Shown piece by piece: positions 53,966 to 64,000 of a stretch of 64,000 bases of DNA. Numbering within the stretch: position 1 is the first letter of the stretch; the number at the start of each line of letters is the position of its first letter. Both the position numbers and the translations under genes were made by a program. Source of the DNA: a plasmid; sequence record CP113993.1. One strand, 5' to 3'. A model generated the notes under the pieces. The model ran no database searches. It worked only from the letters and a program-made list of their open reading frames with translations, and had not been told where the DNA came from.

Positions 53966-54260
53966 TCAGATAAAGACCCCTCGCAGGCTGCCCCAATCAC
54001 CCGCGCCGTGATAACCGCCATCAATAACATGCTTATCGACCTGATGGCTGCGATGTCGCATAAAGACTGGCTGAGCCGCCGCCAGCGGCAGAAACAGGGA
54101 ATTGAACGGGCCCATACGCTGGGGAAATACCGGGAAAAACAGGCCGATCATGAACGGAATCAGAAAGTCCTGTACTACCGCCAGGTAAAAAAACTAAGTA
54201 TCAGAGAAACAGCGGAAGCTACAGGTATAGCCCATCCCAGATATTCCGTATACAGTCCCT
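53966..54260 (+). pseudogene. 3' fragment of a serine recombinase (resolvase/invertase) gene: C-terminal HTH region only
   Basis: ...ITAINNMLIDLMAAMSHKDWLSRRQRQKQGIERAH...KKLSIRETAEATGIAHPRYSVY resembles resolvase C-terminal domains. There is no catalytic N-terminal domain. Confidence 0.4.
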
Positions 54261-54287
54261 TTACCGACAAGGTTATAAGGAAGCAAC

Positions 54288-55115
54288 ATGAATCAATACG
54301 CGTACAGACCCTGGTTAAGCCGCTGGAATCTGATTCCGGATGGTCCTCCCTTCATGACTCATTCCTCACAACTTATCCCGGTCAAAACAGCAACTGATGG
54401 CATTAAAGCCATGCTAAAAATTACACATGATAAGGATGAGCAAACCGGCAACGCCCTTATGGCGTGGTGGGATGGAAACGGTGCTGCGCCGGTTATTGCC
54501 CATGAAAATGAGGCAATTCTTCTGGAGAGGGCGACGGGGCTCAGGTCTCTGTCCTCTATGTCCGGGGAAGGTCAGGACATAGAGGCCTGCGGTATTCTGT
54601 GCTTTACAGCAGGCCGGTTGCATGCATTTAAGAAAAAAAGTGAACTTCAGCTTACGCCTCTCCATGTCTGGTTTGCCGCATTAAAACCAGCCGCTGATAA
54701 ATATGGCGGAATTCTTACTCATTGCTGTGAAATTTCAGAAGAATTGCTGTCCACACAACAAGATATGGTCACTCTGCATGGCGACTTACATCATGGTAAC
54801 GTTCTTGATTTTGGGGCATTAGGCTGGTTAGCCATTGATCCAAAAGGCCTGAAAGGTGAACGGGGGTTCGACTATGCCAATATTTTTACAAATCCAGATC
54901 TGAGTAATCCGGTTCCCGGAATAGCCGTTGTGCCGGAAATGTTTAAACAGCGACTTAAAATTGTGACCGAAACTGCGGGTCTGGACAGAAAGCGGCTCCT
55001 GATGTGGATCATCGCATGGTGTGGACTTTCAGCGGCATGGTCACTGGAAAGTAACGATACTGCATCTGTGGCAACGAAAATTGCAGAGCTGGCACTCTTT
55101 GAACTGCATAAGTAA
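54288..55115 (+). CDS. Aminoglycoside 6-phosphotransferase, APH(6)-I family (streptomycin kinase; related to APH(6)-Ic/Id)
   Basis: Motifs LHGDLHHGNVLDFGALGWLAIDPKGLKGERGFDYANIFTNPDL and WIIAWCGLSAAW are collinear with APH(6)-Ic of Tn5 and StrB as recalled. Confidence 0.8.
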   Translation: MNQYAYRPWLSRWNLIPDGPPFMTHSSQLIPVKTATDGIKAMLKITHDKDEQTGNALMAWWDGNGAAPVIAHENEAILLERATGLRSLSSMSGEGQDIEACGILCFTAGRLHAFKKKSELQLTPLHVWFAALKPAADKYGGILTHCCEISEELLSTQQDMVTLHGDLHHGNVLDFGALGWLAIDPKGLKGERGFDYANIFTNPDLSNPVPGIAVVPEMFKQRLKIVTETAGLDRKRLLMWIIAWCGLSAAWSLESNDTASVATKIAELALFELHK

Positions 55116-55149
55116 GCAGGAAGGTAAGGTTAAGCTTTGCGATTGAAAT

Positions 55150-58100
55150 TCAGCCTTAACGAGCCTGTCAGTAATTCTGTGTAACTGCCCACTCATTAAA
55201 GGTGATCGCTCAGGCGGTCACCGAACTCGATAATAAAACGGCTCATCGCCAGCCGCCAGTTCTGGATCGGCATACTCCATTTTTTCGACGCATCTTTGAT
55301 CGCCAGATAAATTACCTTTCGTACCGAGTCATCCGTCGGGAACACATTGCGTTTCTTAATCGCAGCCCGGATCACACTATTAAGCGATTCGATTGCGTTC
55401 CTGGTGTAGATGGCTTTGCGGATATCCGGCGGATAACTGAAGAGCGTATTGAGGTTTTCCCAGTGCGCACGCCAGCTTTTGCTGATTTGCGGGTTATGAG
55501 ACGACAATAAGTCAGTCCGCCTGGTGCTGATTATTCTGGCCGGTTTTGTAATCTGAGAGTCATGTACATGATCCAACAGGAAATGGTGTGACGCTCAATA
55601 CTTCTCAGGTCAGTTATTACATGACTCAGCGTAAAAAAGGTGTAACCCAGCATATCTCGGCCATGAAGGCCGGTATCTCTGTCCGCTCCGGTCGCCGGAT
55701 AGAAAAAGATCAATGGTCAAAAGCCGGGGTTCGTCACTGGCGGACGCGTAAAGATCCTCTTGAAGCCGTATGGGACAGCATGCTTGTTCTCCCTGCTGAA
55801 AGAGAGACCTGCGCTGATGCCAACTACCTTGCTGGAAATGCTGCAGGATAAATATCCCGGTCAGTACCCCAACAGCCTTCGCAGGACAATGCAACGGCGG
55901 GTCCGCGAATGGAAGTTGCAGTACGGTGCTGAGCAGGAGGTCATGTTCCGCCAGCGGCATCAGCCCGGGCTGCGTGGCCTGTCGGACTTTACCGAACTGA
56001 AAGGTGTAGTTGTCACCATCGCCGGTAAGTTGTTAGCGCATAAGCTGTATCACTTCCGCCTTGAGTGGAGCCACTGGAGCTGGATGCGGGTGGTGCTGGG
56101 CGGGGAAAGCTTCACTGCTTTAGCTGAAGGTCTGCAGGAAGCGCTCGGTCAGTTAGGTGGCGTACCGGCAGAGCACAAAACTGACAGCCTGCGGGCGGCA
56201 TGGAAACAACAGGGTGAAGACGGACGACGCGAACTGACAGAGCGTTATGCAGCGCTCTGCCGGCACTACGGCATGCAGGGTGTGCACAACAATGCTGGTC
56301 GGGACCACGAAAATGGTTCGGTAGAAAGCGCTCACGGCCATCTGAAAAGACGTATCCGTCAGGCGCTGATCCTACGAGGCAGTAACGACTTCAGTACGCT
56401 GGAAGAATACCAAGCCTTCATCACTCAGCAGGTTATGCGGCACAACCGCAATAATCAGGATCTGGTGAAGGAAGAACGTCCCCATCTGAAGCCGCTGCCC
56501 CCTTCGCCGCAGCGCCGACTACGACGAACTGACGGTGAGGGTCAGTAGCAGCAGTACCATCAACGTGAGGCACGTCATCTACAGCGTGCCTTCCCGGCTG
56601 GTTGGCCAGTTGCTACGGGTCCGCTTATGGGACGATCGCCTGAGTTGTTACGTGGGCAGCAATGAGGTCATGAGCTGTCCCCGGGTCAGGCCTGAAAAAG
56701 GGAAGACGCGGGCCCGACGTATCGACTTCCGGCATGTGATCGACAGTCTGGCGAAAAAGTCCGGTGCGTTCTGTCATGTAACACTGCGAAATGACATCCT
56801 GCCGGACGATGAATGGCGGAGGCTCTGGCGGTCGCCTGTGTAACCATCTGGAGCCTGATATGGCGGGCAGGCTGATGGTGCACGCCCTGAAACTGGCGGC
56901 AGGATATGACGATATCTCGGTTGTGGCAAAAGGTATGGAGCAGATGCTGAACACCCCGGGAGACGTGGATCTGCACCGGCTGATGCGCTTCCTGGGGATA
57001 AAGGAAAAGGAGTTGCCGCCGGTCAGCGTGGTACAGCACAACCTGAGCAGTTATGAGCAACTGCTGCGTGGCAAGGGAGGTCTGCAGTGAGCAATATCCA
57101 TCACCTTGAACGCAGCCTGCGTAAACTACGCCTGACACGTGTTGGTGCGGAATGGCATGCGCTGGAAAAACGGGCGCTGGCGGAAGGCTGGACCCTGTCG
57201 CGTTATCTGCTGACGTTATGCAATGAAGAGCTACTGTGGCGCGAGAGCGAAAAGCTGCGTCGCTATAAAAAGGAGGCGCGGTTGCCGGTGGCCAAAACGT
57301 TGAACGAATACGACTTCAGCCAGGTGCCGGAACTGAACGGCGCTCAGTTCCGGCAGCTCTGCGAAACGACAGACTGGGTTGATGCGGGTGAAAACGTCCT
57401 GCTGTTCGGCGCCAGCGGGCTGGGAAAAAGCCATCTGGCGGCAGCGATCGTGGATGGCGTTGTAGCCCAGGTACCGGGCCCGGTTCTACAGCGCCGGAGA
57501 GTTGCTGCAGGAGCTGCGCAAAGCCAGAGCGCAGCTGAAACTGAATGAGCTGTTACTGAAACTGGATCGCTACCGGGTGATAGTGGTGGATGACCTTGGT
57601 TATGTCAAACGCGACAACGCTGAAACGGGGGGGTTGTTCGAGTTAATCGCACATCGCTACGAACGCGGGAGCCTGGTGATCACCAGTAACCATCCGTTCA
57701 GCACGTGGGGCAGCATCTTCGTGGATGAGACGATGGCAGTGGCGGCAGCAGACCGGTTGATCCATCACGGATATATGTTCGAACTGAAGGGAGAAAGCTA
57801 CAGGAAAAAGACGGCGAAGGCAGTAACCAGCGCGGCTTAACGCCGCACTAAAGGATGCGGCCAGCATAGTGGCGCCAGTCGGCAAAACTAGTTGACGTCT
57901 AATAGCGGGTATTTGTCGTCCCACTCGCCCGCGAACGCATCCAGCGCCATCAGCGCTGCCTCTTCGGAACCGCCTTCAGTCCGCTGGTGACGGCTTTGTA
58001 GTCCTTCCAGGCCACGTATCTCAGGCTGTTACGCACCATGTGGATGATGCACAGCTGGATATGGGTCTGCGGGAAGACGCTGTTTATCGCATCCGGGAAG

Positions 58101-58860
58101 CCCTTAAGACCGTCCATGCAGGCTATCAGGATGTCCTGGAGGCCACGGTTTTTCAGCTCCGTCAGCACACTCAGCCAGAACTTTGCGCCTTCGTTTTCGG
58201 CCAGCCACATGCCCAGCAACTCTTTCTGGCCTTCGGTATTGATCCCCAGCGCCAGGAAGACGGCCTTGTTTATCACACTCCCGTTCTGACGGACCTTTAC
58301 GACGATACAGTCCATGTAAACAATGGGATACAGCGCATCCAGCTGTCGGTTTTGCCACTCAGTAACCTGTTCTTTTACCGCGTCGGTGACCTTAGATATC
58401 AGCGTGGGTGACACATCGGCGTCGTACATTTCTTTGAAGGTGGCGACGATTTCGCGGGTAGTCATGCCTTTGGCGTATAGGGATAAAATCTGGCTGTCCA
58501 TCTGCGTAATGCGCGTCTGGTGCCTCTTAATCAGCTGCGGCTCGAAGGAGTTTTCACGGTCACGCGGCGTGTTCAGTTCGATCTCGCCATCATCGCATAA
58601 CACCGTTTTTGACGAGTAGCCATTGCGGGGGTTTGAACCTGTTTTGGGCGCATTTTTCTCATGCCCGGGGTGGTCAGTTAGTTCCGCATTGAGCGCTGTT
58701 TCGACGGTTAATTTCGTCAGCATACGGGAAAACTGATTGAGGTCGGCTTCGGTTTTAAGGCCCTTAGCCAGTTCAGCCGCCAGTGCTTTGCGTTTCTTTT
58801 CATCCATAATTTGCCTGTCTCCGTTGTTGGAGTGAACATATCAAAAACAGGCAATTACAC
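55150..58860 (-). mobile_element. IS256-family element whose transposase gene is split (N-terminal part 57950..58807, C-terminal part 55196..55492) by insertion of an IS21-family element
   Basis: The N-terminal ORF ends ...KAVTSGLKAV. The C-terminal ORF resumes PQISKSWRAHWENLNTLFSYPPDIRKAIYT...GDRLSDHL, the classic IS256 transposase tail. Confidence 0.75.
55510..57945 (+). mobile_element. IS21-family element with istA (55588..56843) and istB (57087..57840), both carrying frameshifts
   Basis: IstA HTH N-terminus plus DDE core spread over three ORFs. IstB Walker A GASGLGKSH and ...VVDDLGYVKRDNAETGGLFELIAHRYERGSLVITSNHPFS are split over two ORFs. Confidence 0.75.
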
Positions 58861-59394
58861 AATTTTAATTACAGTCTCGCCTTAACGTACAATAATTTTC
58901 GATATCCAAACTGATCCTTGTTAGTCCAGTATGTTGCGGTAATTCCGCTTCACCTTGTCTGTATTCTTCAGGACTTCTGCCGGCAGTAGCGGGCGGCGGC
59001 CTCAATAATGGCAAGGGCACTATCGTTTCGCTGAGCCGGGCGGCCCATTACGGTGCTTCACGGATACCATTCCTGTCTTTACACCACTCAGCCTGATAGT
59101 CAGCAGCGAGATCTTCTTCCGGGTACCGGTGGTACCGGAAAAAGTATGCCAAAGCCTGCTTCACAGATGATTCATCCGACATCACTGCTGTCTCTTGATA
59201 ATACATGCGTACATTAAAATGGAACGGCTTCACGGTTCCGTCTCAGGATTTCTGCGTTATTCATACAGTCAGTTATGTAATATGACTCAGTCATAAAGGA
59301 CATCCTGTCACGTTTTAATGTTTATTTATTAATTTGTTTGTTATGTTTGTTAATGTATGATTTATGCCTACTTCACCATGGCAGAGGTAAATTC

Positions 59395-60510
59395 ATGCGA
59401 CCGGCAACATTCGAACCAGAGCAGATTATAGAAGCAGGACGGGCCTTACAGGCCGAAGGGAGGAATATCACCGGATTCGCGCTGCGTAACCGGATTGGGG
59501 GCGGTAATCCGACGCGTCTTCGTCAGATATGGGACGAGTACCAGGCATCACAACACGCGGCTGAGTCACTTCCTGTCACGGAGCTCCCTGCAGAAATAGC
59601 TGAAGAAGTAAAGGCCGTTTCCACCGCGCTGGCTGAACGTCTCACCCACCTTGTAACAAAACTGAATGATAAAGCTGTCCGGGCAGCAGAATATCGCGTC
59701 ACAGAAATCACCCGTACCGCCGCTGAACAGGCCGCACAGGCGGAAAAGGAATTCGCTGATGCCGCCCGTACGGTGGAGTGTCTGGAAGGAAAACTGGATG
59801 AACTTCAGGCCGGAAATGAACAGTTGACGCAGACACTCAGGGAAGAGCGGTTACTTCGCAGACAGCAGGAGGTGGAGCTGGCCCGGTTGAAAGAACGTCT
59901 TGTGGCCGCTGAACAGACAGCCCGACAAAATGAAGAACGATATCAGGAACAGAAGACAACCCTGCAGGAGGCGCTTGATACTGAGCAACAACAGCTTAAA
60001 TCCATGCGGGAAGATCTTCTGAAGCGTCTTGAGCAGGCATCGGCTGAAGCTAATGAACATGCAGAAGAACTTAAATCTGAACGTGATAAAGTGAATACCC
60101 TGCTTTCACGCCTGGAAACCCGGGAAAATGCGCTGGCCCAGGAACGACAGCATCATCAGGCCACCCGAGATACACTTCAGCAACAACTGGAACAGGTTGG
60201 CGCTGATTTACATGACCGGACCAGTGAGATCGCGATTGAGCGAGACAGGGTCAGCACCCTCACCTCCCGACTTGAGTCGCAGGAAAAAACATCTATATTG
60301 CAACAACAGAGAATGGAGCGAGAAATTGAGAAGCTGGCTGACCGGTGTACCCGGCTGGAGAAACAGCGTGATGACGCTCTGCTGGAGGTAACGAGGGAGA
60401 AAGAAGCCATTGCAGCATTGCGTGGCGAAACGGATGCTCTTCAGCGCCAGAACCAGTCGCTGATGGCCGCGCTGGCAGGCAACAAACAGACCGGTGGACA
60501 AAATGCGTGA
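59395..60510 (+). CDS. KfrA-like plasmid protein: N-terminal DNA-binding domain plus a long alpha-helical coiled-coil
   Basis: MRPATFEPEQIIEAGRALQAEGRNITGFALRNRIGGGNPTRLRQIWDEY is the KfrA N-domain signature. The rest is heptad-rich (E/Q/R/L). Confidence 0.65.
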   Translation: MRPATFEPEQIIEAGRALQAEGRNITGFALRNRIGGGNPTRLRQIWDEYQASQHAAESLPVTELPAEIAEEVKAVSTALAERLTHLVTKLNDKAVRAAEYRVTEITRTAAEQAAQAEKEFADAARTVECLEGKLDELQAGNEQLTQTLREERLLRRQQEVELARLKERLVAAEQTARQNEERYQEQKTTLQEALDTEQQQLKSMREDLLKRLEQASAEANEHAEELKSERDKVNTLLSRLETRENALAQERQHHQATRDTLQQQLEQVGADLHDRTSEIAIERDRVSTLTSRLESQEKTSILQQQRMEREIEKLADRCTRLEKQRDDALLEVTREKEAIAALRGETDALQRQNQSLMAALAGNKQTGGQNA

Positions 60511-60689
60511 TGATGATCCAGAAACATCTCGCTTCATCCTGCCAGTCCTACGGGAGTGTAAGAAATTCTGTGGTGCGACACGAGGTTGTTTCTGTGATTG
60601 TTTCAGCCAGTGTGTAGTAAGTAGTGCGAAGAAATCTGCTGTCTCACCAGCAGTTCCCTACCCGACTGAGCGTTGAGAGTAATTTCAGG

Positions 60690-61346
60690 GTGCAAAGCGT
60701 CGGGGCAACGTAGCCACGGATGATCCGTAAGGACGAGCCATGGGACTCAATCCGAAACTACCAGGCGGTGAAGGAATAAGGGATGAGGGTATGGTCAGTA
60801 TAAGCTCCCCCGGTAAGCATCGTAATGCTAAAGGAGCCAAAGCAGCTGTCAGGCTTCAGCCAAAAGGCACGCGGGCTGGTATGCCCTCTCACAGATGGGG
60901 CATCATGAGTGTTATATCGCCGGTGTTAACGGGAGGCCAGTCCCCTCAGGTCACAGGAACGGAACGTGGTAACTCCGTACAACACCACAAGGTAGTGAGT
61001 TCGTGAGGACAAACAATGGTTGTGCGGGATACTTACAAGTCGACTGGCGACAGGTTGAGGATGAGGTATCTCGCCTTCAGATGCGTATCGCTAAGGCAAC
61101 CAAAGCACAGCGCCGGAATAAAGTATGAATGCCCCAGCGGCTTCTTACCCGATCTTATCAGGCAAAACTACTTGCTGTCAGGCGCGTGCCCTCCCCCCGG
61201 AGTCGGCTGTAACGGAGTGTCTGTTGGCTACCTGTCCGGGGGATAGTAAAAATTATGCCATTCGCCGGGATTATGCTGCTTTTACAGTGCTTGCCCCCCT
61301 GGCAGTACCGCACGGGTGGAAACCGACGTTACCGGTGACCCTGGCC
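60690..61346 (+). other. Group II intron remnant: part of the ribozyme region plus the frameshifted N-terminus of the intron-encoded reverse transcriptase, truncated by the IS at 61347
   Basis: Frames give VDWRQVEDEVSRLQMRIAKATKAQRRNKV, then ...QRLLTRSYQAKLLAVRRV..., then PGVGCNGVS. These match the RT N-terminus (xDWKxVExxVxRLQxRIxKA ... KxLQRLLTxSxxAKLLAVRRVT ... PGVDG). Confidence 0.35.
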
Positions 61347-62529
61347 CAAATTCAGTACAGTGCTAAATCAGAGATCTTCGTCTTTCCGGAGACTTCGGAT
61401 AAATTCAGCCGGAGTCATGTCATTTAATGATGAATGCGTTCTCTCATGATTGTATTCCCTGCGCCAGTTGTCGAGTTTTTCCTGCGCATCTTCCAGTGAC
61501 AGGAACCAGTGAATGTTCAGGCATTCATCCCGCAGGCTGCCGTTAAATGATTCAATAAACGGGTTATCTGTCGGCTTTCCGGGGCGCGAGAAGTCCATTG
61601 TGACGCCGTGTTCATACGCCCATTTATCCAGACTTTTTGAGATAAATTCGCTGCCGTTATCCGCCTGGATTCGTACCGGCAGCCGCTTATCCAGCACCCG
61701 CAGTGCCTCCATTATTCTGACCACATCCTCGCCTTTTAACGATTTTCCGGCATGGATCGCCAGGCATTCCCGACTAAAATTATCCACTACAGTCAGCGCC
61801 CGAAAACGCCGCCCGTTAAACAGATTATCTGACACAAAATCCATACTCCAGCACTGATCGACATGCGTCAGGACCGGGCGCTGCTGACGGCGTGCTGCAC
61901 TGACATGTCTGCGGGGACGTTTTCTGCGCAGGTTCAGGCCTTCCAGGCAATAAATCCGGTGGGTTTTCTTGTGGTTAACAGGCCATCCCTCCCGGCGCAA
62001 CTGAATATGAATACGCGGGCAACCGTAGCGTATCCGGGTTTCCGCTATTTCCCGGATACGCAGGGTTATCGCCCGATCGTCACGCCGGCTCTGCCAGTGG
62101 TAAACGGTTCTGCTCTGCATCAGCAACCCGCATCCCCGCCGGACGCTGATACGATAAGCCTCCAGCAAAAATGTCACCGCCTGGCGCTTATGAGCCGGCC
62201 TCAGAACTTTTGCTTCAGTACCTCCTGCAGCATCTCCTTGTCCAGACTCAGCTCAGCGACCAGCTTCTTCAGCCGCTGATTCTCATCCTCCAGTTGCCGC
62301 AGACGCCGCAGCTCCGTCACGCCCAGCCCGGCAAATTTTTTCTTCCAGTTGTAAAATGTGGCCTCAGAAATTCCCATCTTTCTGCAGACTTCCCCGACGC
62401 GGGTGCCGGTTTCAGCCTGTTTCAGGGCAAATGCAATCTGTTCTTCGGTATAACGGGTCTTTTTCATGGCAATGCGCCTCTCTGTGAGATGGAAGAAAGA
62501 CCGGAAACTTCAGTTTAGACTGGCACTGT
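61347..62529 (-). mobile_element. IS3-family insertion sequence (IS407-group-like) with orfA 62201..62467 and orfB 61368..62177
   Basis: OrfA MKKTRYTEEQIAFALKQAETGTRVGEVCRKMGISEATFYNWKKKF with a leucine zipper. OrfB has the rve DDE core (…WSMDF…DNGSEF…). Terminal ACAGTGC...GCACTGT. Confidence 0.8.
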
Positions 62530-62559
62530 TTACAGGGGGAAGGTCACCGGACATCAGCA

Positions 62560-62810
62560 AGCGAGGGAACAGTATATTGAGAAGTTTGCTTGTTCAGTAC
62601 ACCTGACCTTTTATGCGACTGCTGGAATGTCATCCGGGACGTCAGCCTGAATGGGTTAAAAAGAAGCCTGACAACCATCATTCGAACGTTGTGGCATGCG
62701 CTCTGGCAAACAAGCGGGTACGTATGGCAACTGAGCGGGCTGATGTTGATTATATCGCTGCTTTCCAGGCTCATGGTCAATCAGAAGTTTTCTATAAATT
62801 CATTAATTGA
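62560..62810 (+). mobile_element. Possible 3' fragment of an IS110-family transposase gene
   Basis: Only a weak resemblance: ...KKKPDNHHSNVVACALANKRVRMATE resembles IS110-family C-termini (GKP.KVAL.A.MRKLL...). Confidence 0.25.
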
Positions 62811-63539
62811 TACAGGTCGCCCAAAAACATAACCCTGGAGATAATGGATACCAACGTCTTTTAAATAGTCAGCTTGCTCGAATGTCTCAACGCCTTCTGC
62901 TATAAATTTTAATTTTAATTTCCTTCCTAGGGATATTATATTACTGATAATAAATTCCGTATTTTCATCAATGCCAATCTTGTGTACAAATATCTGGTCA
63001 ATTTTAATGAAATCCACAGGGAACTGCTGCAGATATACATAAGATGAATATCCCGTTCCAAAATCGTCGAGAGATATTTTTATACCATGGGCTCGCAATC
63101 TCTTTATGTTTTCTTCTTCATTCTTACTATAGAGCACTTTTTCTCTTTCTGTAATTTCCAGAATAAGAATCATTTTCTTTTCAGGAAATCCGTTCATAAA
63201 ATTGATACATTTGCTTATAAAAGCACTATTGTTTAAAAGGCCGGGATTAATGTTAATAGCAATGTGGAATTTATAACATATTTTCTTATTAATGAATAAA
63301 GGTAACATTTTATCCATAATGTCTTCCAGTAAATCACACGTCATTCTGATAATAAGACCAGTGCACTCTGCTTCCTGAAGAAATTTTTCTGGTGTCAGAA
63401 TTTCCTTATCACTTTTCCTCCATCGCATTAATACCTCCCCACCAATAAGCCGTTCCGTTTCAGCATCAACAACAGGTTGTATATAGGGTATAAACTGTTT
63501 TTCCATTATCCCCTGCAAGATATTTACTTGAGAGTTCAT
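62781..63539 (-). CDS. EAL-domain protein (stand-alone c-di-GMP phosphodiesterase-like)
   Basis: EAL-domain motifs: QPVVD...GGEVLMRW, ININP, DDFGTGYSS, EGVET...G....QGY. Confidence 0.8.
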   Translation of the reverse strand: MNSQVNILQGIMEKQFIPYIQPVVDAETERLIGGEVLMRWRKSDKEILTPEKFLQEAECTGLIIRMTCDLLEDIMDKMLPLFINKKICYKFHIAININPGLLNNSAFISKCINFMNGFPEKKMILILEITEREKVLYSKNEEENIKRLRAHGIKISLDDFGTGYSSYVYLQQFPVDFIKIDQIFVHKIGIDENTEFIISNIISLGRKLKLKFIAEGVETFEQADYLKDVGIHYLQGYVFGRPVSINEFIENF

Positions 63540-63655
63540 AATTCAACCTTATCATTAAACATACCGTTCATTATCTGTTAAAAATGATTATAGACGCCTC
63601 CTGTACATTTAGTCCGCATACGTACAGGAGGCGACTAATTTAATGAAATCGTCAG

Positions 63656-64000
63656 TTAGAAACTGTAACGAATTCCAATATTAAAATCTTGTCCATCAAA
63701 GCCAAAACCATTAATTCTTTGATAAGACGAGAGTTCACCATACAGCGAAAGATCTGGACTTAACATTCCACTGGCTCCGATTACAGTATTAAATTTCCCA
63801 CCATTTTTCCCTGTTTTAAAACTGACCCCTTCAATTTTCACATTTTTCGAATTACTGAAATCATTAATAACATCCGCTCTGAAATACGGCTTCCAGCTTT
63901 CTGTACCAGGCACAAGATAAGACAATTTAAATCCTGCTCGTCCTATAATTGGATGTTGGTTATTGATGTCCACACTAAGATCATTATCATCAACAACCTT
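63656..64000 (-). CDS. C-terminal beta-barrel segment of an autotransporter outer-membrane protein (partial; the gene continues beyond the window)
   Basis: Alternating amphipathic beta-strands ending in ...NIGIRYSF-stop, the canonical autotransporter C-terminal motif. Confidence 0.55.
   Translation of the reverse strand, partial: KVVDDNDLSVDINNQHPIIGRAGFKLSYLVPGTESWKPYFRADVINDFSNSKNVKIEGVSFKTGKNGGKFNTVIGASGMLSPDLSLYGELSSYQRINGFGFDGQDFNIGIRYSF

Noticed and set aside
60740-61006. 88-aa ORF (MGLNPKLPGGEGIRDEG...)
   Set aside because: It lies in what appears to be the ribozyme portion of the group II intron remnant. Its composition is Gly/Pro/Arg-rich with no start context, so it is likely non-coding RNA sequence.

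Overview
This 64-kb window is mosaic accessory DNA from an Enterobacteriaceae replicon, possibly a large plasmid or a heavily rearranged chromosomal island. The centrepiece is a complete yersiniabactin (High-Pathogenicity-Island-type) locus, ybtX-ybtQ-ybtP / ybtA / irp2-irp1-ybtU-ybtT-ybtE-fyuA. Its ybtS salicylate-synthase gene is cut after about 62 codons by a partial IS26, and no integrase is present. Upstream lie an acid-resistance module (adiA - tehA-like transporter - adiC, with no adiY) and an IS630-family element. There are also two inverted partial copies of an Rpn/YhgA-like nuclease gene together with the 3' end of a DEDDh exonuclease gene, a short-chain dehydrogenase (SDR) gene apparently split into two halves about 11 kb apart, a satP pseudogene, a tRNA-like element, an orphan HigA-like antitoxin, and a two-gene module of unknown function carrying a disruptive 10-bp duplication. 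Downstream of fyuA are a leaderless AmiD-like amidase, a small ORF with a textbook double-glycine leader that I call a candidate novel class II microcin, a sigma-54-type promoter ahead of a methionine gamma-lyase (megL) plus permease with a convergent TyrR-like activator, an IS200-family element, an aph(6)-I-like gene, an IS256-family transposase gene split by an IS21-family element, a KfrA-like coiled-coil protein, a group II intron remnant cut by an IS3/IS407-group element, an EAL-domain protein and the C-terminus of an autotransporter. All coordinates and calls come from reading the sequence and recalling known families; no database search was run.
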